Assembly: GCF_001194135.2 (NCBI RefSeq)
Contig: NC_068981.1
Span: forward strand, 62,227,843 to 62,291,842
DNA: 64,000 nt
Direction: 5' to 3'
Origin: Octopus bimaculoides
Lineage: Eukaryota
A program made the position numbers and the translations under genes. Positions 1 through 10,808 of this stretch are shown piece after piece. Positions within the stretch are counted from its first letter, which is position 1. The number at the start of each line of letters is the position of its first letter. The notes beneath the pieces are model-generated. The model was not told where the DNA came from. It worked only from the letters and a program-made list of their open reading frames with translations, and did no database searches.

Positions 1-61
1 GGATTATTATTATAATTATTGTTATTATTATTATCATTATTATTATTATTATTATTATTAT

Positions 62-135
<74 letters not shown>
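1..135. repeat. Compound (ATT)n/(AGT)n microsatellite
   Basis: Imperfect ATT repeats at 1-62 run into pure TAG repeats to about 135. Confidence 0.95.
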
Positions 136-563
136 TCAATATTTTCATTATTAATATGATTGTTATATTTCATGAGGTATTTTGCAAGAGGTGGAAACTT
201 TCAATTGATGAATTTTTATGTATAAATATATAGATATTTATATTAATAGGTTCAACATATACAGACTACAAACGACAAAGAAAATTAAGCGGTTGGAAGA
301 AAGGTGTTATGGATTTATAACGGCTAGCTTATCAAGATTGTTACTAAGACATTTATTCACAAAATTCGTATGCATGTATGTATGTATGCATGCATTATGT
401 ATGCATATGTGCGCATAAATGTTGTGATCACAAGCTTAACACTCACAAAATCTATGCCGTGCTCTTACGCACAGTTTCTATTGTTTAAATTCTACACACA
501 ACGTATTGATTTATCGGATTTCAAGGAACAAATTGGCTTTACAAAGGAATTTTACGACAAATA

Positions 564-626
<63 letters not shown>

Positions 627-629
627 TGT

Positions 630-2040
630 CGAAAGGAAATCAATTCTATGAACATACTTAAATGTTGTGACATGTTTTAGCATTCTTGCTAATAGAACAG
701 GTGAATATTAAGAAAAAATATAACGCAGGGATACAGCTAGGCAAAGAAGTTATTGGATTGGAACTTAAACAAATCAGTATATTGTATGGGCTCAATTATA
801 AATAAACTCCTTTGATTAGGGAAACGGGAGAAGTAAATTCTTAAGATGCCAGAAGTATTTGATGAAAAACACAGTCTTTCTTCACAAATTTAGGGAATTA
901 AAATATAATAAGTTACCTTTCAACAGAAATGAAACTTCTACAAGGTTTTCGAACAAAAAAGTACGGTGAATTTCTTGGAATTTTAAAACGTTTTCAGAAC
1001 CCTTACCAAGAGTTAGTAATTGCGAAATATTTGTACTAAGAAAGTAAGTACAAGAAATATGATTGGTTATCATTAGTAACTCTAAATAGATTTGCAATAA
1101 TTGAATTAAATATAGTCGTTCACTTTGAGAAATTTAACAGAGCAAAGATTACCTATATAGTGAAGTGTACAAGCAATTTAGCTGGGTAGAATTAAACATA
1201 GGAAATAGGTAAGAGTCACGATAAAAAATATAAGTAAATTATTCACCTTGTAGTTGCTACTATATTCCACACAAACATTGAGTGAGAAAATAAGTATTAG
1301 GAAGTTTAGAGTTCTCAAATTATATGGAATATATATGTGTGACGGTCAAAATGTGACACGTTTATTGAATACGAATGAAATAAATTGGCTGGTCAGACGA
1401 TATAATAGAAACGTACAATAATACTGATAGTACTGCATGGATTGACAATCGGAAATTATCGAGGAACTTTAGCTTATTTTGAAAAGATAAGTAGAATTCA
1501 GAGTTATCAATCGAACAATATAGTCACTATCAGTATACTTATTTCAGCTTTCAACATTTAATATGCATATGTGGGAATGAATAGGAGAAATACGTTGTGG
1601 TAGTTGAAAATCTGGCATGGTAAGTAACATTTATCGAGCATCCATTCCCAGAGTTATAAAATATTAGTTTAAGGAATATGGAACACTACCAATATGTCAA
1701 GCATTAAATTATTGTGTGGAGGTTACTAAAATGATCTATGTGATAACATCGAAGGTTAGGATTTTCGGACTTGTGACGAATGAATGAGTTGTAAAAGCAT
1801 TCAAGAAACTAATTTGATATGTAAAGATATACTATTGAATATCAGACTAAAGAAATGAGATATCAATAATATTTAAGATATTCCAAAACTCATCTATATT
1901 CATTATAAACCATAAAATTTACTTTTAGGTAAATACAGAATCATGCGATTAACAAGTAATGCCTATGACGAATAACTCATTGACACAAGGCTAACAAATT
2001 TATAAATATTTACTACATTCAATTGATTTTACATTCATTT
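630..2040 (+). mobile_element. Highly decayed non-LTR retrotransposon RT fragment, possibly L1/Tx1-like
   Basis: Stop-riddled translations retain weak RT-like motifs (FEKFNR..DYLY ~ FEKAFDRV; STAWIDNRKLSRNFSL ~ INGxLSxxF). No intact ORF. Confidence 0.3.
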
Positions 2041-2764
2041 AACCCCACTCCGAGAGAAGAAGGAAAAGTCTACCTTTTCTGTCTTTGCTTTACATGAATA
2101 TTAATTTCCAAATTAAAAAAAAAAAAAAAAACAAGATTGTACTCTGTTCCCTAGCCTCTAAAAGATTTACTGTACCTATAGTTTTAAATAAGCATAGTGA
2201 ATTTTAGTCTGAAAAACGTTTGAACATAATATGCTTATTCTTAAACACCGCACGGACACGTTTCATTTTCCTTTTCATACTGTGTACACACTGTTTACAA
2301 GCAAGGCGCCCTGAATGCATGCAAAATGCTTTCATTGCTCTGCACGCCTCTCGGACTGAGTTTATCTAGAAGCAGCAATGGCTCAGTCCCACGGATACCA
2401 CTACAAGATCAGATTTCGGCATCATCAATAACAGGAACAGAAAAATCAGCAAGTGTTGGAAGAACACGAGCGCCATTAACATTCAACAACATCAGCAACA
2501 CCAACAACACTAATAACACGAGCAGTAGATATACTACTGATACTTTCAACAGTAGTTGAAAGCAGAAAATTAATAAGAAGCACGCAATACCAAAGGGCTC
2601 TCCCATCAATGCTCTCTCTCTTCCGAGCTCTCTCCGTCTCCTTTAAACCCGAATTCATACATAGATTCGCATCCCAAAATCACAAATTCTCCTACTGATC
2701 CTAGGCGAATTTTCACGATGTTTCATGTCCAGGAGGCTGCTGCACCCTGCCAAAATAATACACG

Positions 2765-3412
2765 CTAAAACTCAGTGGAGGCGGCGGTGGAGGNNNNNNN
2801 NNNNNNNNNNNNNNNNNNNNNNNNNNNNNNNNNNNNNNNNNNNNNNNNNNNNNNNNNNNNNNNNNNNNNNNNNNNNNNNNNNNNNNNNNNNNNNNNNNNN
2901 NNNNNNNNNNNNNNNNNNNNNNNNNNNNNNNNNNNNNNNNNNNNNNNNNNNNNNNNNNNNNNNNNNNNNNNNNNNNNNNNNNNNNNNNNNNNNNNNNNNN
3001 NNNNNNNNNNNNNNNNNNNNNNNNNNNNNNNNNNNNNNNNNNNNNNNNNNNNNNNNNNNNNNNNNNNNNNNNNNNNNNNNNNNNNNNNNNNNNNNNNNNN
3101 NNNNNNNNNNNNNNNNNNNNNNNNNNNNNNNNNNGACGCGGCGGTGGACGCGGCGGTGGACGCGGCGGTGGACGCGGCGGTGGACGCGGCGGTGGACGCG
3201 GCGGTGGTGGTGGTAGTAGTGACGGTAGTGTTCCTGGTGCTGGCGCTGGTTGTTGTGCTCGTACTCTTATTTTTGCCGTTGTTAGCTTCTGTCTTTGATG
3301 TTGCCCCATTGACTGCAGAGAATTCACCGTCATAATTAGAATTAATTACCCGTGCTGAAGATAGGAAGGAGAGAGGAAATAGAGGAAGTAGCACTAGTAA
3401 GAAGAACACCAT
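2765..3412 (-). CDS. Putative secreted mucin-like Ser/Thr/Ala-rich protein, (STAA)n repeat, spans an assembly gap
   Basis: ATG in gtcATGG context. N-terminus MVFFLLVLLPLFPLSFLSSA|R resembles a signal peptide. N-glycosylation sequons NKS and NTT, a T-rich stalk, and STAA repeats on both sides of the gap, ending STAASTEF-TAG. TATATATT at 3493-3486 upstream. Frame continuity across the gap cannot be verified. Confidence 0.45.
   Translation of the reverse strand: MVFFLLVLLPLFPLSFLSSARVINSNYDGEFSAVNGATSKTEANNGKNKSTSTTTSASTRNTTVTTTTTTAASTAASTAASTAASTAASTAAXXXXXXXXXXXXXXXXXXXXXXXXXXXXXXXXXXXXXXXXXXXXXXXXXXXXXXXXXXXXXXXXXXXXXXXXXXXXXXXXXXXXXXXXXXXXXXXXXXXXXXXXXXXXXXXXXXXSTAASTEF
2775..3206. repeat. 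GC-rich 12-bp minisatellite (GACGCGGCGGTG / GAGGCGGCGGTG)
   Basis: Six perfect units at 3135-3206 and variant units at 2775-2793. The 341-bp gap lies between them. Confidence 0.9.
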
Positions 3413-3536
3413 GACCTTTCAGAGCAAGACCGATTGTCGTTACTTTCACTTTCATTATAGTCATGGATCATTAACAATTGTTCCTAATATATAGGTCTTT
3501 CATTCTGTGATGCACTGATTTCATGTCCCATATTCT

Positions 3537-3820
3537 AAAGAGCCGGATGCTGCCTTTCCAATTGAACAAGTTTTTCACAGCTCGAGCAGCTGAAAAACAG
3601 AGATATATTACATCCTAGCTGTTCAACCGAAATTTTCTTTTCGAAATAAACTTGAAAATCTATTATTTTTTGTGAGTATTAAATTATCGTTATTATTTTA
3701 TGTTTGTCTTTTGCTTTGTAGTTATACACGTTGACTCCAGAGTCTCACCCAGAGTCCTCATGAGACAACAAGTTTCAAGTTCGAGTTGGTACTATGGCTA
3801 CGGTGCCATATATTTGGTTT
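3537..3820 (-). repeat. Inverted copy of R4-like LINE 3' UTR plus downstream module
   Basis: Reverse complement of 5542-5838 (shared gagatatattacatcctagctgttcaa, gttgactcc..agtctcac, ccggctcttt). Part also matches the LINE 3' UTR at 49270-49400. Confidence 0.75.
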
Positions 3821-3821
3821 T

Positions 3822-5838
3822 GCTCACTTAATTATAATGAAGGACTTCAGACAAAACTCATGCCTCTTCACCGATATGACTATGCAAATCGACATAAATG
3901 TATCTATCAAGTCCTACAAAAAACTGAGCAAGTATAAAGATCGTGAAATAGAAATTGGATAAATGTGAAAACTCAAGACTAAAAAATTACCTGTGTCATA
4001 GGTGTCCTAGGAATGATAGCAAAAGGGGCGGATTGCTACCTAGCTCAGATAACAGGATATCCAAAAATGGGAGAAATTTTAAAATTAGTGCTCATATCCA
4101 AGGTAATATATTGTCTATGTAGTCCCCCAAATACGTTAATACGTAAACCGTGTCAAAATACTTTTAAATATCCAGAAAGCAAACACTTTTTAGTGTCATC
4201 TTCACGTCAGACTATCATGTTACCAAATTACGTTTAGCACAACCTTCTAATTTACCTACGTTTTGATAGACATTCTCTAAAACAATATTCTGTGCAAAAG
4301 CATATACAGAGGTTGGAAAAAATAAGGGAAATACCGTAAAATTTCAAACAAATTTATTTTAATATTTGGTAGGACCTCCTTTGGCAGTAATTAAAGCTTG
4401 AATTCTACGAGGTATGGACTCGTACAAAGTTTGAATTGTTTCCAAAGGCATTTTTGTCCATTCTTCAGCTAAAACAGTCTCCAGTTCTTGTAGTGATGAT
4501 GGTGGAGTATATCGACTCCTTACTTGTTTTTCTAAAATGCACCATAAATGTTCAACACTATTGAGATCTGGAGACTGTGGTGGCCGGATAAGATGTTCAA
4601 CTTCACTACAATGTTCCTCGTGCCATTCAATAATAATTTTAGCTGTATGAATCGTTGCATTATCATCCCGAAAGATTGAATTCACTTCCAGAAACAGTTC
4701 CGAAACCATTCGATGAATTTGATCAGATAAAATGCTTAAATAGTCTTGACTATTAATTCTTCCATGAAGGGAAACCATTGGGCCAGCGGATTTCCAGTAT
4801 CATCACAGATTCTCCTCCATGTTTAACAGTTGGAAGAAGGCAGTCTCGGTCCAATGCTTCTTTTGGCTGCCTCCATATTATACTCGGCCGGTGGTCGGAA
4901 ATAAGGTATAGGATGACACTAGGGACCAATTCTGTAGGTTTGTACTCCACTCTAAACGCTTTGCAACGTTTGTTTTTGAAAGTAGTGGTTATCTGATTCC
5001 AACTCTCCCGTGAAATCCGGCTTTGTGCAGCTCCCAGCAAATAATTTTGTAGAAACTGGGTTCTCGAGGTAGTCATTAGGCTCTGCAGTAATTTTGGAAG
5101 CTGTACCTTTGTGACCCTTTCTAACAATTCGCGTAAGAGTTCGACGCGAATTGTTATCTGGAAGTATTGGTTTCCTTCCGGACTTTTGTTTCGACGAGGC
5201 GGATTTTCCCTCTTTCTTAAAGTCTGTCATTACTATCGAGACAGCACTTCTTGATGCACCAAATATTTCGGCTGTTTTCGTTACGCTAGCGCCTGCCATA
5301 CGAGCACCAACAATTTTACTTCTGAGAAAGTACGATAGATCTGTTATTTTAATTAATTTTAATTATATATTTTTCTGATGATATCTGAAAAGAAACAGCA
5401 ATTTTAGCAAAACATATTAAGCGACACTAATAATAAATTTAAAAAAAACATAAAGACAAACAAACTTTTGACGGTTTTATAGATATCTCATAATTACGAT
5501 GCTATGATGCTAGGTGTTTCCATTACTTTGTCCAACGTTTGTATATGGCACTCTTCTCATAACACAAATTTGAACTTCTAACTTTTTTTCCTCTTGAGCT
5601 CTCTGAGTGAGACTTGGAGTCAACTTGTACAAATACAAGACATAATCAAACATATATTACTAAAAATAATTTAATACACACAAATATCATAGATCTTCAA
5701 GTTTATTTTAAAAAGAAAATTTCATTTGAACAGCTAGGATGTAATATATCTCTGCTTTCTGATATGTAATATATCGCTGTTGACTGGCTCGAACTGGGAA
5801 AAGCTTATGTAATCGGAAAGGCAACCTCCGGCTCTTTC
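3822..5838 (+). mobile_element. 3' end of R4/Dong-like (RLE) non-LTR retrotransposon, interrupted by a Tc1 element
   Basis: IMKDFRQNSCLFTDMT..KKLSKYKDREIEI..GVLGMIAKG is an RLE C-terminal region. The 3' UTR resumes at 5542 after the Tc1 TA target site. Confidence 0.7.
4307..5541 (-). mobile_element. Tc1-type DNA transposon (DD36E spacing), frameshifted transposase
   Basis: 29-bp imperfect TIRs at 4307-4335 and 5513-5541 with TA on both sides. HTH region in ORF 4952-5299. DDE region in 4359-4778 with FRDDNATIH...PPQSPDLNSVEHLW; 36 residues between D and E. Confidence 0.95.
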
Positions 5839-8209
5839 GCGAATTCTAACATCTCTCAGCTGATATCTAAATTAAGTATCGTTCTAAGTAAATTTAAAAT
5901 GTGCGTCTCGCTCTTTGAGAATAACATTTTTCCTATCTTTGTGAACGTGCAAACATTTCTCAAAACAACCGAAGCCTCTTTAAAACTCGGAACACTCTCC
6001 TGAAATGATAACAAATGCAGAAGATACGCAGTTGGAATATATAGAATCTGCATAGCAATGAAAGCTATAATGCACAGTTGACAATCTCACAAGCGCTGTA
6101 GGTGAACAATTGAAATATTAATATCTAGAAGCTTCACAGATAAGAAAGCTGCAAATTCTTGTCGATACTTTAACAAGGAACACTGTTAATCACCACCACT
6201 AGAAGAATTCATACTCATTAAAACCTCATTACATATTGTAAAAAGTAACGACGTATATATATATTTATTTATCGAACGGTACTTCAAGCAGACCACATTT
6301 GTCAGGTTTCTTCAGAATCTGCCCTCATTCCCATGCAGTACTGTTCCCTGCGGCTTCTACTAATATTCCTGTCACACATTTCCCCTTTTCTAACTGGCCA
6401 ATACGACCAATACTAACTCTGTCAAAAAGGAAACAACGTTCAGTATGATGATTTTGAAAAAGAACTTGTTTGTATGCTTACAAATACACACACGCTGGTA
6501 CATTTTCGGACACATGTCTATCTACGCGTATATAGAGAGGTGTGTTGCTATAGGGTTGTTATAGTAAACACTTAATAAAAACGTAAAAGCCGAAAAGCAA
6601 ACTATAAAACAACTGATAAGAATATGATATAAACTTCTCAGTTAACACTGCTATTTTGTAGGAATAATATATTAAGATGCTGATATCAAAACGTGAAAAT
6701 TGAACGCTACAACTGCAAAATGAGATAGAAACAAATAAAAATATAGCCCGTTAATGTGTAAATCTATATGCGCATGCGTGTTTGTGTGTGCACGTTATCA
6801 TAAAGTGCCTTCACTTAGGTTTAGATAAAATATGGCTTCATTGAACTATGTAAATGTATATAAGCTCATAAAATACTTATTTCTTTGTGGAAAGATATAT
6901 CTGTAGAGATATAGAAAAAATGACTTTATTAAAATGTGATGAGATTAAGGAAATATAGATTCGAATCTATGATTGTGTATTTGAGATAAATTTAATATAC
7001 TATATATCATGCATCCATATTTCAAAACAGCTTCAAATATATTTTACATATGTGGTGAAAATATGTTTGGCTGAATATCATATCACAATTCTATCATAAT
7101 GAACATTTCTATTTAGGTTACTCGTTATTCCACCAACTCATTGATACGATGAATAATTAATAGTTACCTAAATTATTTTATCTTCTTTTCCAGCCATAAT
7201 TTTCAACTCTTTCTCTTATTATTGTAATTTCTAAATAGTTTAGGTTCCTCCTTCCTTCACCGCCTTATATTATAAGTTATTCACCTTTGATTTTTCCCAG
7301 TATTTAATACAAATAACAATTCTCGAGCAATGACTATAAAGTGCTATACCCCTTTCAAGTTCTAACCTATAAAAGCAAGACCGGAAAACCGACACAATAA
7401 CAGTCTATTAATTTTTCCGATGATTTAATACCAAATTTGAATATTCTAATAAATGAATGAATAAAAATCTTTAATTACACAATATTCCCAATAACGATCC
7501 ATATCACTTTGTGCATATTTCACTTTACTATATGAATTGGCTATTCAAAACTATTTTAAACTATGTATGTATCTGTGTGCGCGTTTTAAACTATACATTT
7601 GAACTGAGAATATTGTAAAGTGTTTGTTGGAGATAACGATTATGTTAAATATTTAAGTATATACAATGACCTCAAGAAATTCATTCATCTTCAGTCTTCA
7701 ACTTGAAAAATTAATATATGAGATGTATACACACAATTATTTCAAAGTGGTTTAAAAATTTCATTCTGAAAAAGTAAATATTTCTTGAACTTATTTGGGT
7801 CATTTCGCTTGCGTATAATTGTTCTCTTTAATATCATTGTACTTTAGCTCACTCATCTCCAAACAAAATATTTATAAGTGCCAGATAAAATATAATATTG
7901 CCCAGCGGTAATGAAAATGCTAGTTCCTTTTAAAGTGTATGTAAGCTGCTGATAGCTGTTATATGTATGTGTGATTATTACAAAGTTCTAAGAACTTATA
8001 TACTTAATAAATGCATTAGCATTAAGTTTTAGTTAGAGAATTTTAGTTCGTTCAATGTGTTGATGGGCAAATTCTGCAAATTTGGAAGGAAATTGTAGTG
8101 GTTCTACAACAGTCCAAGTAGTAGGCAGTTTTGCTAAAACTATAGAATTTATGCATAACTAAATCTTTAATAGGCAGTCATTGAAAGGTTGTTACAGCTG
8201 CTGTCTCAA

Positions 8210-9240
8210 CATGAAAAAATGTTAATACACATGAACTATACGACTCGATTTCTCCAAATATAACTCCAGAGATTCATTATAGACTACCCCTGTTGGCACC
8301 CCAACAATATAATCCCCGTCCTTGATACTGAATTTTGCTTAGAAACCTTGAACAACAGAGAGCAGCTCCTCCATTCCTATTACTTGAAACCCATAGCTTC
8401 GAAATAGGCTGTTCACAAGAACTCAGGTTTGTCACGCAACAGGAAAATTAAAATACTGATAGCAGACTTAGTTAGGATAATGAACAACGTGTCCCCAGTA
8501 TGCAAATCTTATGAAAGGAAGAAACGTGTACAGAACTTCATGCAGCGCATGCAATTCTCTGGATATGATCCGAAAGATAGGCTTCGAGTATACTAGGGTG
8601 CTAGAAAGAAGTTAGATAACATTATATTTAATGAAACCATTTGTACCTGCCCTAAATATACAAGCAACGACTTTAATAGGATACAAAGAGCTTGTGACAA
8701 AGCAAACAGGTTGAACACGTGGTACAATACCCAAAATATCAAGGCGTGATGCTTGTAAAAGCCACAGCCCATGGAGAACTAGCCTGTAGATTTAGAAAAA
8801 CTCTAAAGGAGACTAAACTCAACATAAGATTATTGAAATGCCGGGGAACGCCATCAGATCACAGCTATGTAGGATGTACCTATTTGAGATTACCATATGC
8901 ACTAATGATAAATACATGGTATGTAGGATTAGCTCTGGAATTAACTGTAGAACAAGAATTGTAATCTACAGTATATGATGCATAGAAGGTGCTTGTAAAG
9001 ATATGAACATGACACAGAAGTATTGCCGAAAGACTAAATGAACATTTGAGACCATATGACGACAGAAACAGTCATCCATACTCTACCAACATGCCAAGGA
9101 TGAACATGGAGCAACCTGGGTCAACTTGACATCCGCATCTTATCCAAGTACCAACGCTCAGAAAAATACATGGGTACATCCTCATAAATGAAACATCCCC
9201 GGTACTAAATAGGAAATATATGTAGTAGATAAACATACCT
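8210..9240 (+). mobile_element. Penelope-like retroelement fragment (RT thumb, linker, GIY-YIG)
   Basis: PVLDTEF..LHSYYLKPIASK*AVHKNSGL..FMQRMQFSGY, then VMLVKATAHGEL, NCRTRIVIYSI*C and HAKDEH. Several stops and frameshifts. Confidence 0.75.
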
Positions 9241-9289
9241 CCAAACCTACGGTTTATATTTATATACAGGTAGAATAGTTAGTAGGCTG

Positions 9290-9790
9290 TTATGTAAATG
9301 TATGTATGTGTGTATATGTATGTATATATGCATATGGACATGTATGTTGGCAAATGGACATAAAAGGAAACAGATAGGCATACTAACGGATAGGTACATA
9401 TGTAATATGAATAGACAAGCACACATACACACACACATACATTTACATAACAGCCTACTAACTATTCTACACATACACTCACTGCATACAAGGATACATA
9501 TGGAGATACACATCTATACATACAGACACAGTACATTGTCACAAAAACCCAGACATACACACTCACATACTCAGACATGCACACACAAGGAAACAGAGAT
9601 ACACACACACACCCAATAAAACGCACAATCACGAACACAAACACACAAGGAAGTGAATATGCAGAATACATATATACAAGCGTACACACATACATATATA
9701 CATACAAACACATACCTACAAGCATGCACATACTTACAGGCATACATACATGTGTATGCGCTCACACACGGACCCGCAGACATGTGCACA
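9290..9790. repeat. Degenerate (TA/CA/TACA)n low-complexity tract
   Basis: Mixed dinucleotide and tetranucleotide repeats. They generate the spurious His/Thr and Cys/Val ORFs. Confidence 0.85.
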
Positions 9791-10357
9791 AACAAAGAAA
9801 AAAGAAAGCAGCTTGAATAACAGACAGAGTCAACAACTATTGAAAAGGGTGCAAGACGCAACAAAAGTTTAGAAAAATAAATAAGTAATAATGAGTGGAA
9901 ATTTTTACCGGTGAGTATGTTAAATTACAAGGCACTAAATGAGAATGATTCTCCCCATATACAACAGTATATATATNNNNNNNNNNNNNNNNNNNNNNNN
10001 NNNNNNNNNNNNNNNNNNNNNNNNNNNNNNNNNNNNNNNNNNNNNNNNNNNNNNNNNNNNNNNNNNNNNNNNNNNNNNNNNNNNNNNNNNNNNNNNNNNN
10101 NNNNNNNNNNNNNNNNNNNNNNNNNNNNNNNNNNNNNNNNNNNNNNNNNNNNNNNNNNNNNNNNNNNNNNNNNNNNNNNNNNNNNNNNNNNNNNNNNNNN
10201 NNNNNNNNNNNNNNNNNNNNNNNNNNNNNNNNNNNNNNNNNNNNNNNNNNNNNNNNNNNNNNNNNNNNNNNNNNNNNNNNNNNNNNATATATACACAAAT
10301 TAAGAGAATAAGATAAAGCTCCAAGGTAGTGAAAGATTTCAGAACATTTATAAAGAG

Positions 10358-10405
10358 GTCTTACCGCTATTTCCGGGATATTTTATATACCCCTTCATCG
10401 GAGAC
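10358..10405 (-). ncRNA. Degenerate minimal type I hammerhead ribozyme motif
   Basis: GUCU-CCGAUGA-A-GGGGUAU(loop)AUAUCCC-G-GAAA-UAGCG-GUA-AGAC: stem I GUCU/AGAC, 7-bp stem II, core has U4C. Confidence 0.6.
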
Positions 10406-10760
10406 AGTGAGAAAATGGTTAAGCAATAGATATTCTAGATGAGATATGAAATAGAGAGTGAAGTGGATGAATGAAAGCAGACGTGAGATATTTTATCTGC
10501 AGTTCCATTATTTAGGCAGACTGGTATACATATAAGATTCCTGTATCTTGTGTGTAAGTTCCAATGTTTTTTTTTTAATTTTAAATACTATTGGAACTTA
10601 TACACAAAATACAGGAATCTTATATGTATACCATTCTGCCTACATAATGGAACTGTAGATACAATATACCTGCATATCTCACGTCTGCTTTCATTCCTCA
10701 CTTCACTCTCTATTTCATATCTCATCTAGAATATCTGTTGCTTAACCATTTTCTCACAAC

Positions 10761-10808
10761 GTCGCCCATGAAGGGATATATATAATATCCCGGAAACAAC
10801 TGTGAGAC
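10761..10808 (+). ncRNA. Degenerate minimal type I hammerhead ribozyme motif
   Basis: GUCG-CCCAUGA-A-GGGAUAU(loop)AUAUCCC-G-GAAA-CAACU-GUG-AGAC. The core and cleavage triplet are mutated. Confidence 0.5.

Noticed and set aside
5374-5395. CTGATGA-TATCT-GAAA inside the Tc1 leader
   Set aside because: There is no room for stem II and no stem I or III; it is a chance match.
6255-6418. Minus-strand frame VSIGRIGQLEKGKCVTGILVEAAGNSTAWE* as a terminal or Sec-containing exon
   Set aside because: The phase does not match the neighbouring candidate exon, the protein is not recognisable, and there is no SECIS evidence.
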